A DNA stretch of 64,000 nucleotides from Octopus bimaculoides (GCF_001194135.2 NC_068998.1:2393548-2457547); one strand, 5' to 3'; positions 50,960 through 63,219 are shown, numbered from the stretch's first letter. Notes: generated by a model not told the origin, from the sequence alone. Numbers and translations: made by a program.

Positions 50960-52640
50960 ACTCTTGTGCAGATACATTTTATTTTGTGGGCAGTGTCAGT
51001 AAGATGGTCACAACAAACTGACATTGATTGTATGACACTTTTGAGGTCCTGATATGTGTTGGTAAATGGTTTTAAAATAAACTACAATCAAAAACTAAAA
51101 GTTTTGTTCTTGTTTTTTGTCTTTGACTTTCTTCATAGAAAGAAGTTTCAAAAGTCCGTCAGAATTAGTCACTTTTACTGTGCAGAATACTCCTTGTGGC
51201 CTCAAATTCATTTTTGAGTCATGGATAAGATCTCTCTCCCAAACAGTGACAATTAAACTAAGAATTAGCCACATGAATGCTTCCACATTATGGAGAACCA
51301 TCTGACATCTTTTTTATTGCTCTACGTTGTATGTAATTTGTTAAAAAATATGTTTGAGGCAGAGATTGCTGTAGGTGTACAGCTTTGCCTTTTGTACAAA
51401 GGAACGCACAAACGTTCAGGAGTTATTTTTCAGGTCAACATCTGGATTCTATCGAAACTTCTTGTTGAATCTCTTTCTGAGATGATGTCAGATTAGCAAG
51501 AAAGAAAAACATTTGTGCAACATATCACTGTAAATTTGGTAAACCATTTTCAGATGTTTCCTGAGAGTTGAAGACAACTGATCAATATGTGAAATATCAG
51601 GTATGGAATCTATTGATCAGCGTTTTTCGTGTCTGCAAAAGTTGCATCGTTAACATTTTTGTTCAAGGGTTGATCTATAATCTCCATATTGATTCCTATG
51701 AGCCAGAAAAAAAATCAAAATTTTGCTGCTAGTTTTAAAAGATTAAGCCATGTTCTTCAAGACAATTCTAACAATATTCTAACAGTAAGTCTCTTTATGA
51801 ATGCCATCGCTGCTCCTGTTTTGTCTTTATAGGTTTCTCTAGCTTTGAAGTCAATATTTGCCCTCCCTCCTTTGTTAGCTTGCTCAACATGACATTCCTG
51901 TGTTTTCCTGAGTTTCCATGAATTTAGATAAGACATAAACTTCACCTGTCATCAAAACCCTTCAGAATTTATAGCTGAAGCAGAAGATGCAAAGAATTTA
52001 CAAACAAAGCAACAAACCCAGTCTTTTGAAAGAGAATTACACAAACCATTTGTCTGTGTGGTTCCCCATTGAATTCTGTTGACTAAAAGAGCTTTTATGC
52101 AAAACCTGGCATAATTTTCATGCATTCACTTGGAATTTAAAAATAAACCACAACAATGACAAACTTAAGAAGGGTTCTTCTCTTTTCAATAAGGTACTTT
52201 ATGATGTAATAATCCCATTGGCAAACTAACATCTGTTAAAGTAAGTCTGTATTTAGCATCATCTGATCTGCACCAGGAACACTTTGGACTTGGCCTATCA
52301 TACCAATTGTGAAATGGAAATTCTGATGACCCATGATATCTTCTCGTGGTTCTTTAAATCTCTCCGTATCTGGTAAGTGACTCTTCAGTTCTATATTTTC
52401 AGTTTGAGCCAACATCATGGTTGCCACTTCATAATCAGTTCACTGTTCCACATCCTGTAATTCTGTTTCTGTTTCAGAGAGGTTGTTCTTCTGGTTGAAA
52501 ACTAGTAGATGGCACTGGGTGTCTCCACCAGACCGGCTTCCTTCTGTTAGTATCAATGTCTCTGCTTCACTGCTGGCACTTGTTTCTGTCCTTGGCTGAT
52601 ACAAGAAAACACGGATTGGTCTTGACTTTTCACCATTCTA
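50960..52640 (-). mobile_element. Heavily decayed hAT transposase (TTF-type zinc finger / ZMYM1-like group)
   Basis: SLSKDWVCCFVCKFF...SEGF (~51955-52036), SIDSIPDISHIDQLS (~51574-51616), ILLTLP..VSA near 51000 (dimerisation domain); many stops and frameshifts; boundaries approximate. Confidence 0.75.
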
Positions 52641-54745
52641 CAAGCACCGCCTTAAAATCTTTTAATCTGACAATAATCAGAAAATAAATACAATAATCTC
52701 TTGCTATTTGCACGGCTGTTTTTTCAAAATATTGATCTTTCTGTTTTCCTAGAAGTGTAAGATCAATACAAAAATCAATGCTAGTGTCATTTTATTGGCT
52801 TAAATCAATATTATTCTGAAATGGAGGGCAGGGAAAATGTTTGGAAATTACGGTATATTATGAGAGAATATGTAAGTGGGGACTGTGACATTGTGAACAT
52901 TGATGTACACTTTCGTTAGAGGCCTCTTAGATTTTGTGACCTTCAGTTTCAGCCTGCCAAGCCTATAGGGAAACCAGTCACTGCTACGTGTCTATTCATC
53001 CTTATTTTATACAATTTTAGAAAAGTTGTGACATGTCTTTGACCATTCTGGAGTGTATTGAGCTTATTTTGCATGTGACCTTTNNNNNNNNNNACACACA
53101 TGTAATGACAAGTTTTGACACAGTTTCTCTCTACCAAATTCCACTCCCAGGGTTTGGGGCCAACTGAAAGTTCTGAAAGAAGAGACTTGCACAAGGTTCC
53201 ACGTGATAGTATTGACCCCTAGATCCATGTGGCCTGGACGGGGAAAATACTTCTTGACCACACAGCCATACCTGTTCTATGTAAAGAAACAAAATAAAAT
53301 AAAGAACCGTTTAAGAATCCATTGATTGAAACCAAGAGTAAAGTAAATCAATGAATTCAGAATTAATGAAGTTAATTGTTAAATCAATGGCTGTTTGGGT
53401 TTGGTTTTGTAATGATGCAATAACATATCTGTGAGAATAGAGGCAAGTTATTTCACATCGTAGACTTGGGTAAAAAGAAATGCCATCAATATTTCCCTCC
53501 CTGCCACTTCTTACAACATCTAGGAAGAGGAGGAGTCCCATCAGTTAACAAACTTTGTGGTTTTGAATTCATTCTCACTTGAGGGTTTTGAACATCCCAG
53601 TTCATTAAGCATTTGTCTCCTTGTCCTAGAAAGAGGCTATGGGTGTGTCCGCAAACTCCACGCCTTCTACTCGTTAATTAATGGCAAAGTATAGCTTTTA
53701 TAACAAATGTCAAAAGCTAGAGCAGAGTTTATCGGAAAATGATTAAAAGTGCAAGAGTGTGTGTGTGTGTTAAGTGTTTGTGTATATAAGTTGTAAATAA
53801 ATTTACTTAGGCATGTTGTTAAATAGACGCACATTTAGTCAGGAAGTGTAACTGGATCCATGTACATAGGGTGACTAAGATATATTTACTCAATGTATGT
53901 AAATATATTTACAAGATCTACATGCCCACACATGCATGTGTTTATGAGTGTTTGTGTGTGTCATCATTATCGTTTAACGTCCATTTTCCATGCTAGCATG
54001 GGTTGGACAGTTTGACTGAGGACTGACGAATCAGATGGCTACACCAGGCTCCAATCTGATCTGGCAGTGTTTCTACAGCTGGATGCCCTTCCTAACGCCA
54101 ACCACTCCAAGAGTGTAGTGGGTGATTCTTATGTGCCACCGGCACAGGCCAGAGGAGACTGGCAATGACCAGAGTAAGTTGTGTGTCCACCAGGTGTCAT
54201 CAGTAATACTTTAAATTCATCGTTGGATCAACTTCCAGGAATTCCAGGGTGCACGTAGGGTATATATATATATTAAAGATTAATCCTTAATATATATATA
54301 TATATATATTATATAATAAAACAGTGTGTGTGTGTGCGCATCTTCACACAGTGTAACACAATCCTCACAGGAAATAGTTTTGTTTGTTTTTCTGTGGTAA
54401 AGGTACCATTATCATCATCATTACAAGCCCTGAAAACATCACTGTCACCACCACCACCTTCATTCCCATCACTGCAAACACCACAACTGTGATCACTCAT
54501 TTTCTCACCACCATCACTACCACCACCATCATCATCATCATCACTATTTCTGTTCATAATATCAATAATGATTATTGTAAATTCAATTCTTTCGGCAGGT
54601 CTCTTAAATGACTCTATTGTGCAAAGTTTGTCCCTTGTAAACATAACAAACCTGTTTTTTGATTACAAAATATCATTGTTTTTCTTGCTCTTTTTGTTTC
54701 CCTGAATGATCTACTAATTATACTCCCACCATCACCACAAGGGCT

Positions 54746-54845
54746 TTGAGCTATCTGCACCTGCGTTCAGGTGCATTCAACCAGAAAATAGATTCACTGT
54801 TAAATCTCTCTATTTTAGCTGTCTTAATTGGAAACTGGCATAAAG
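54746..54845 (+). other. Candidate non-coding first exon of the PAN-domain gene (5' boundary unknown)
   Basis: Strong donor AAG|GTGAGT at 54845/54846; the next acceptor ttatctttcag| at 56678 precedes the ATGs; no ATG in the in-frame upstream segment. Confidence 0.35.
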
Positions 54846-56707
54846 GTGAGTTAGATTTCTTTTCTCTCTCTCTCTCTCCCTCTCTCTCTCTCCCCATACA
54901 CACACACACAAATCATTTCATTCCAGCCTTGCAGTAATTTCTTTCCAGTCAGCTTGTTTAAAATCTCTTGGGTGCTTTTCAATCAAATTTCTGGTCAACT
55001 TCACACATTTCTTCTACAACCAAATAACGTCTCTGTTTTTCCCCCACATTTATTTCCACTCAACTTTTCATTAAGAATTAAGTCAATTTCGATGCCAAGA
55101 CTCTTCTCCACCATTCCCAGTGAAACTGCCAATTTATGTTCTTCTCACAGACAGACTTATTCCAAGAATGAAATGTCAACCCCACCTTCTCTCATAATGC
55201 CAACTTTCTTGTGAAGATTTTCTGACCAGTTTGGTTTTTTTTCTGATTTTATTCAAAATTTTTTAATCCGGTTTCCAAAATATTTCCAGCAACTTGAAGT
55301 GGTCACATGCTAATTGCTTTACCAATTTATAGTGACAGGACCAGACAATACGATTTAATCACAAAAATATTTGGATACAATTAATATTAGTTACCATTAT
55401 TTTGTTATCGGAATTGTTATATTTTAAACCAAAAGGTATGGAGATATATATTTAATATGATTTAATATGATTTAACTTTTTTACTGCAGAAATCAGATAA
55501 ATCCACTTAAAATTTCATTACCGTTAATTACAGAAGCAGTTTTATATGTAAATCTATCTTTTCTTGAGGAATATTATGTTTGAAAGTAATTTTTGTTGTG
55601 ATATGTCGAGTTTATTGAGGGGACATGACTTGCAGAAAATACCAATTCTATTTTTTGATGGATATTTAAGATCATATCTGGAATAACCTTGGAATTCAGT
55701 TTCACAGTTAAAGGGTTAACATTATCATTCTTCTTGTTCTTCTTTGTCTTTTCTTTTTTCCCAATATTTAGTTCCATCCACTATGTTCAAGAAAAGCCCT
55801 GTGGCCTAGTGGTTAAGGTGCTGTACTCCTGGCTCCCAGATCACAGTTTCAGTTCCTGGACCAGGGGGTTTGTTGTGGTTTTGAGTAAAACATTTCAGGT
55901 TGGTCCAGTCCAATCAGCCATAAATGACTGACTCCACTACAGACCTGTGCCCCATTCACTTCTGCTCCATGGGAACTGGGTAACTGGCCCTATGAGTTCT
56001 CAGACTTGAGACAGAAATGTCCAGGGGTCAATAATGATGATTTTGTTCAGAGTTCAAATCCCTTGAAATCCATAGGTACCAGACATACACTGGGGCCAAA
56101 TCAGTCAACTAAAGACAGAAATCATCATCATCATCATCATCATCATCAGAGTGCAAAGGAAAATACTTTTATGGTTTATGTTGAGTTCAAATTCTTATTG
56201 TTTCCCTTGAAATTACTGGCCTTGTGCTTATGGTAGAAAGGATTATTATTATAATTATATTTCCTTTGCTCAGCTTCTAACACAGAGGGAGGGGGGTCAC
56301 TATCAGTGTTCATTATCAATGGACTCTGAGGCAACACCCCTTATTTTTCAAGCACCCTCTGGTCAATTTACTTCTCAGATTCTACTTGCTCTGGTGAATT
56401 CCGTAAGAGGGGACAACAACCTGTTTTCAAGGATCTCACAGGGTCTCTTTTCATGATACTTAACATCCGAGCACCAGTTCCAAAATCCTTGCTGTCCCCC
56501 AATAAAGCAGTTTTCTGAGTATGTTCTACCCTCATCTCAATCCCAATTTCTCTAACAAAAATTTCTGAAACTTGCTTGTTTTTCATCATCATCATCCTGA
56601 ATTCTTTATAAAATATGTTATTTACAACTTTTTCGTGTAGACAAAAAGCAGTGACGGATGTTTGCCCTTATCTTTCAGTAATGAAACTTCTAGAGAGACT
56701 CATACAA

Positions 56708-57041
56708 ATGGCTGACCATTTGTTGCAGCTGTTGTTGTTGCTGCATGTTTCTTGCACCATTTGCCAACAGGCTGCAATTTCCCAATCCGACATGGTTCGA
56801 AATGTAACTTACAGAAAGGTTCTCAACCGGAATTTCAGACTCTCCTTTGGCATCAACAGAAGCCATCATCGTCAAGAGAGGAGGATGCGCAGCGTTATTG
56901 AGTGCAGTATATTTTGCATGGCTTCACCAAGTTGCACCTTTTTCACCTTTTGGAGGAAGAAGAAATGTGAGAGATTCAACGATTGGCAAACGATTACCCT
57001 CTCGTCTTCAAAGAAAGATGTTTCCTACATACGGCTTCACG
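56708..57041 (+). CDS. PAN-domain gene exon (signal peptide + PAN/apple)
   Basis: Acceptor at 56678, ATGs at 56681 and 56708, donor G|gtaagg at 57042. Confidence 0.8.
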
Positions 57042-60000
57042 GTAAGGAAACTGATTATGTTGGGGGGAGAGGGAGAGACACACACACACGCATAAAAGAG
57101 AACACACAAACACATATGAAACAGACCTTCACACACACACACACACACTGAGTTTGTCAAATTCTTTTCATGTACCTCAATTTAAGTACCTAATTTAACT
57201 GAATCTTATATATATATAATGAACATTACCAATGTACAAGCAGTGTCCTTTACTTCCAATCTCCCTTAAAAAAAACATATCCTCAATAGGAAAATATTAC
57301 CTCGCTTGGTGACAGGTGAGCGTTAGCAACAGGAAAGGCATCCAGCTGTAGGTAATCAGTATCAATAAATTCTGTCTGACCCATGCAAGCATGGAGAATA
57401 GGACATTAAAACAATTACAAAAATGTGTACACTAAGTAATTTCATCAATTGTATGTTTTTTGGTTTCTTTTCCTTTATTTGTCTCCTTTGAATTTTTTCT
57501 TTCCTTTTCAAGACTCTTCGTGGTATAAAGCCTTCTCATTCAACACCAATTCCATGTCTAACCCTGCTGATGTATTCTTTGGCAAATATAATCAAAGTCG
57601 CCCTAATTCTGAATTCTACCGAAGTTCTCTCCTTGATGTCTGGGACTCTCTTAATATTAACGAGGTAAACCTTTTAAGTCCTCTTTCAAAGGGATTTTTT
57701 TTTTATTTCCCCTCATCCTTCATCTGTTGACTTTTTAGATTTTCAACCCTGTGGTTTTGGGTTCATTCCTTATGTGTGGCACCTTGGGCATCTTCTCCTA
57801 TAACCCTGTTAGCCGCCAAATGCCTTATGATGACTTTGATAGACATAAACTATGTGAAAGCCTATCGTATGTTTGTGTTTGCTTTTCCCATCACCACTCG
57901 ACAGCTGGTGTTGGTTTGTTTTCATCCTTGTCATTTAGTGGTTCGGCAAAAGAGAATGGTATTGTATGCTATTTCTATCAAGTTGAGTGACCCCAAGGAG
58001 GGACACTATAGCCTGTGTGTTTCTTGCAGTGGTTAATATACAATGGCTCAAGGGAAACATTAATGGTGCCACTAATATGGGGCACCTGAGGACCTGTGAA
58101 GGACCATGGGGTACTGACCCTTCCTTGTGAACCAGGGAGTAAAAAAAATAAAACAAAAATAAAACAAAAATAAGAGAGAAACACACAAACAAGGATAAGA
58201 AAAGAGAGTGGGGAGTGAAGAGATAGAGGTACAGTAAAGAAAGAAAGAAAGCAAGAAGGAAATCTATTTTGAATACTCTCCGCCACTGCCACCACGGGTC
58301 TCACCATAACTTTATCATCTCAATTTCTCGCTTTCTCCTCCAAGGTGAAAATAGTTCTAAGAAAAGCTGATAAAGATGTCCTCACCTTGAAGTTTGCAGC
58401 CATCAACACCAACATTGGCAACTGGTTTTCTGGTTCCAACCTAAAATCTACTCCTTGGTCTGATCTACCACCAGACAATACAACATACAAGATGGATATT
58501 GTCTATAAGTGAGTTACAACTGGTTTTCAATCATAGCTTTATGCACACACACACACACACACACACACACGGGTATGGCTCCCCAACCACATACAAGGGG
58601 GTGCTGAAAAGTTCCTGGCTTTGGATAAAAGAAAATACAGGTGGATCAGTTGATTGATTTCATCACTCATTCAGACAACATGGCCTGCTTATATATATAT
58701 ATATATATAATCACCATGTCTCTTTCATTCACTCTGTGAGTTACTTGGTGACTTCAGCAGTGCTGACAGCATGATGAAATGCACCTCGTGCACTCTGTTA
58801 AATGGTTGACGAATTGAGCAGAGGATTCTTTAGTATTGCTGAAGGTAGGGCAACCTCTCCAGTGCTGGTGTCTCAAGAAACTGCCCCCCCAGTTTTGCTC
58901 TGTAATGTGATTGGTGTCAAAACTTTGTAAAGATGATCAGATGCGGCATGGACCTGCAGTTCACCTAAGAGGGCAACAAATGTCTTGGATTATAAACAAC
59001 TGCCCAACCCATACCAATATAGAAACTTGGTGGGAGGAGGGCAGACGATACGACTGGATGGTTTATGTATTGATTTGCTAAGACATGGGATGAGTGTCCA
59101 AGACAACTGTAGGCAAAACACTATATTCGACACCTAAAGTGTTAACAATGATATTCTCCAGCTAATTTGATGATAATGCCATTGGTAATCTGGGGATGAT
59201 ATCCTCGATAATCTGTTATTCATTCCTGCTGCTTCAATCCCATTGCAAAATTCCTCAAAACCATTGCTGATGTTTTGCCCCTCCCCAAGAGAGATCTATG
59301 AAGTCAATAGTGCCATTGCAATTCCATCACGGTTTTGCTACCATTCCACTACAATCCCATTACTGTCCCTGAGTGACACACTTTTAAGTCTTCCTTTTAA
59401 ACCCCAATCTTCTCTCCACCAACCACCCCCTCACTCAAAATGTTCCTTATTTTCATATTGTAGCATAACAAGTGATGTTAATTTACATAACACTAACCAA
59501 GTTGACCATGGTAACAGCACTAACAACATTGACTACAGTAACCAAGGTAACACCACTAGCCAGGGTGACAACAATTATCAAGGCAACTACAGTACCCTGT
59601 GTAACAATACCGAAGTTGACAATAATAGAAATGAACGTAGTTTCCGTTCTTTCAAACAGAGGAAGAGGTGCAATTTGCCAAAACGGTGTGAAGGACGTAA
59701 ATGCTGGAATACATATGATGAGAGTAAAGTCGGGGAGAACGAGGGTAAAGATGAAGCTAAGAAGGTGGACGACGATGATGATGATAAGGACAAAGAGAAA
59801 TGCAAGGGTAACGGGAAGGGTAAGGGCGATTGTAAGGATGAAGAGAAGGACAAAGAGAAATGCAAGGGCGATTGTAAGGATGAAGAGAAGGACAAAGAGA
59901 AATGCAAGGGTAACGGGAAGGGTAAGGGCGATTGTAAGGATGAAGAGAAATGCAAGGGGAAGGGTAAGGGCGATTGTAAGGATGAAGAGAAGGACAAAGA

Positions 60001-61656
60001 GAAATGCAAGGGTAACGGGAAGGGTAAGGGCGATTNNNNNNNNNNNNNNNNNNNNNNNNNNNNNNNNNNNNNNNNNNNNNNNNNNNNNNNNNNNNNNNNN
60101 NNNNNNNNNNNNNNTAAGGACAAAGAGAAATGCAAGGGTAACGGGAAGGGTAAGGGCGATTGTAAGGATGAAGAGAAGGACAAAGAGAAATGCAAGGGGA
60201 AGGGTAAGGGCGATTGTAAGGATGAAGAGAAGGACAAAGAGAAATGCAAGGGTAAGGGCGATTGTAAGGATGAAGATAAGGGCAGTGATGCTGGTAAAGA
60301 TAAGTGCAAAAACCATGGAAAGGGCCAGGATCGGTGCAATGTCGGTGATGGAAGCCTCAACAGTAACCATGGCAATAACAGTAAGCAAGAAAACAACAGT
60401 GACCACAGTAACAACGGTAACCATAGCAACAGCAGCAACGACCTCAATTCTGAAGAGAAACACCGGAGTTCAGAGAAAAACAACCCAAGGTAATGATCAT
60501 TGTTTTTGTTGTTATATTTTAGCCCTAGGTCAATAGATCTATGTGATCAATATATTAAGAAAATCACTGACAGCACGAAACTGGCTCAAATTCTAAATTT
60601 GACCCCAACCATCAAATCTCCTTCATTAATATTGTTCATTAAATTGCTGTTTCGTTTAGACTTGTTGTCTTTTACCGTGGCCATGCTGGAGCAGCACTGC
60701 CTTGAAGGAATCGACCCCAGGATTTTCTTTTCTTTAAAGCCTGGTTCTTATTTTATTGCATCTTTTTACAGGGACATAAACATACCAACACTGGTTGTGA
60801 AGCAGTGGTGGGGGACAAACACAGGCACAAACACACATATACACTCATAGGTGTGTGTGTATATACACACACACACACACACACACATATGATGGGCTTC
60901 TTTCAGTTTTTGTTTAACAAATCCATTCACACGGTGCTGTGCAATGGGACTGAACTGAGAAACATGTGGTTGGGAACCAAACTTCTTACCACCCAGCCAC
61001 ACTTGTACCTAGGACATTCAAACACGCAACAAATGATTTTTAGAATTGTCTCACCTATTTGCCTCATCCTCAGTAATAAACCAGTTCTGGCAATAAATTA
61101 AGGACCAGTCAAATACTGGAGTCAATGTAATCAGCTTTGCCCCTCCCCACAAATTCTGGGCCTTGTGCACATTGGACACAGTGCTTCATCCATCTTTACG
61201 TTCTGAGTTCAAATTCCACTGAGGTCAACTATGCCTTTCATTCTTTCAGGATCAATGAAATAAGTATCAGTCATGTACTGGGGTCAACGTAATTGACTAG
61301 CTCCCTCACCCAAAATTTCAGGCCTTGTGCCAACAGTAAAAGGGATTATCAATATTGTGAAGATTATTATTATTTCTTTTTGCCAGGTGTGCTTTTTGTA
61401 TTTTTGTGGGTGATTCCCGTATTTGGTTAATGGTTTCAAACACCAAGCCAAGCAACTGGACCACACTTTCACAAGACAACCGTCACTCAATCTGGTATTT
61501 AGAAGAAGGCAAAAAAGCTGATGGCAATCCTGAAGGTAAGAACAAAGCTTTAAGCACCTTACAACTTTTATTCCAGACTAAAATGGCAAATAACCCCTTC
61601 AAAGTGTGTGTGTATATATTCATGTGTTTGTATGAGAATGTATCAGTGTATTTAAA

Positions 61657-61687
<31 letters not shown>

Positions 61688-63219
61688 GTATGTATATATG
61701 TAGTGATAGAAAAGGTAAGACAACAAAAGAATGAAAGAGACCTGGATATTATGTAAATAGAGGAATTTATCTGGAAATAATGCGACAATTCTTCTCAAGC
61801 ATGACATAATGCCAACGATCTGGGTCATTGCGTACGAGAGGCTCAACACTCAGAACTCAGCCATTTTGCTTCTGTGAGGCCCAGTGTTCAAAAAGTGCTC
61901 TTTATGTGCCACCAGCATGTGTGCCTGTTGTGTGCCACCAGCATTGCTCATGACTAGGATTTCACTTGGCTTGATGTCTGTCTCTTCTCAAGCACAGCAC
62001 ATAGCCAAAGGTCTCGGTCCCTCGTCATTGGCCCCTGTGAGGCTCAAAGTTCGAAGATCATGCTTCACCACCTCATCCCATGTCTTCCTGGGTCTACCTC
62101 TACCACAGGTTCCCTCCACTGTTAGAGATCAGCACTTCTTCACACAGCTGTCCTCTTCCATATGCATCACATCACCATACCAACGCAGTCGTCTCTCTTG
62201 CATACCACATCTGATGCCTTTTATACCTAACTTTTCTTTCAAGATGCTTACACTCTGTCGTGTATACACACTGACATTGCACATCCAGCAAAGCACACTG
62301 GCTTCATTTCTTTCAAGCCTACACGTCCTCAGCTGTCATAACCCATGTTTCACTGCTGTGTAGCATAGCTGTTCGCACGCAGGCATCATACAATCGTGTT
62401 TGCATGCATATAGACCTGTGTGTGTGTGCATGAGGTATTTGTTTATATTTACATAACATACATATAAATACAAATACGTATAAACATGTATATACACGAA
62501 ACACACAAATGTGTGCACACATGCACAAATCCAAATGCAAGATCATGCACTCCAGCATGCACATGCATGTTTGTGTGCACTTGTAATCACGTCTTCCATC
62601 ATTCGTTTGCATGCACTAGTTCACAAGCTTATGTGTTGTGCACCTTTGCATGTTCTGCTGTGCACTTGAACGCATGTACAAGTTTGCGTACATATTCACG
62701 TGTGTGTGATATTAAAACCAAGTGAAACCGTAGTTGTGGCCAATGCTGGTGTTACGTGACTGGCACCTACATCAGCACATAAAAGGACACCCATTAAACT
62801 CTTGGAGTGGTTGGCATTAGGAAGGGCATCCAGCTGTAGAAACCATACCAAACCAGACTGGAGCCAGGTGCAGCTCTCTGGCTTACCGTCTCTGGTCAAA
62901 CCATCCGACCCATGCCAGCATGGAAAGCAGACGCTAAATGATGATATATATAAAATACCAATTTGAGAGGAATCAAACAGCACAAGTCTTTGATTATATT
63001 GACCTGGTTTAAATAAAGCAAAGGAAACAGTTTACGCAAAAGTTGATAAAAGGTTTTCATGTCATAATGGCTAAAGACACCTTAAACACCTTAAACACCT
63101 GGATTGTTTCCCCTTCAGAAGTGGGTCTGCTGCTCTTTTATGTCTAAACATCAAATATTTGTGTTTCAGATTATTTGGTAAAAGCTGACAGCATGACTAT
63201 CTATGTTCAACTTGAGTGA
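56708..63219 (+). CDS. Secreted protein: signal peptide, PAN/apple domain and an unnamed C-terminal domain; 282 aa, or ~624 aa with the repeat exon
   Basis: Exons 56708(or 56681)-57041, 57513-57664, 58345-58508, [59464-60489], 61387-61535, 63170-63219; all GT-AG and phase-consistent (1,0,2,2,1). MADHLLQLLLLLHVSC signal; SVIECSIFCMASPSCTFFTF..C PAN-like Cys pattern. Confidence 0.8.
57513..57664 (+). CDS. PAN-domain gene exon
   Basis: ttccttttcaag|AC...GAG|gtaaac; SSWYKAFSF...FYRSSLLDVWDSLNINE. Confidence 0.8.
58345..58508 (+). CDS. PAN-domain gene exon
   Basis: ctctcccaag|GTG...AA|gtgagt; VKIVLRKADKDVLTLKFAAINTNIGNWFSGSNLKSTPWSDL. Confidence 0.8.
58592..58680. mobile_element. Mariner-like terminal fragment
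   Basis: TA-CAAGGGGGTGCTGAAAAGTTCCTGGCTT resembles a mariner TIR; no second end found. Confidence 0.45.
59464..60489 (+). CDS. Candidate in-frame low-complexity exon (Asn-rich / KDKEKCKGNGKGKGDCKDEE repeats / Asn-Ser-rich)
   Basis: Acceptor ttccttattttcatattgtag|C, donor AG|gtaatg; phase 2/2 like the intron it sits in; no stop across 1026 nt as assembled (includes a 79-N gap). Confidence 0.65.
59786..60277 (+). repeat. Modular coding minisatellite (21 nt KDKEKCK + 0-18 nt GNGKGK + 21 nt GDCKDEE)
   Basis: Units directly visible on both sides of the gap at 60036-60114. Confidence 0.9.
61387..61535 (+). CDS. PAN-domain gene exon
   Basis: ttctttttgccag|G TGT...G|gtaaga; CAFCIFVGDSRIWLMVSNTKPSNW...IWYLEEG. 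Confidence 0.75.
61960..62397 (-). mobile_element. RTE-clade LINE 3' fragment
   Basis: LYDACVRTAMLHSSETW...; same family as 31620-32300. Confidence 0.85.
63170..63219 (+). CDS. PAN-domain gene terminal exon
   Basis: gtgtttcag|AT TAT...TGA; DYLVKADSMTIYVQLE*. Confidence 0.72.

Noticed and set aside
59472-60536. Alternative long ORFs over the repeat (hydrophobic IALTLP... and SPLPF... on minus; RAIVRM... on plus)
   Set aside because: By-products of a 3n repeat; only the KDKEKC frame has matching phase-2 splice sites at both ends.
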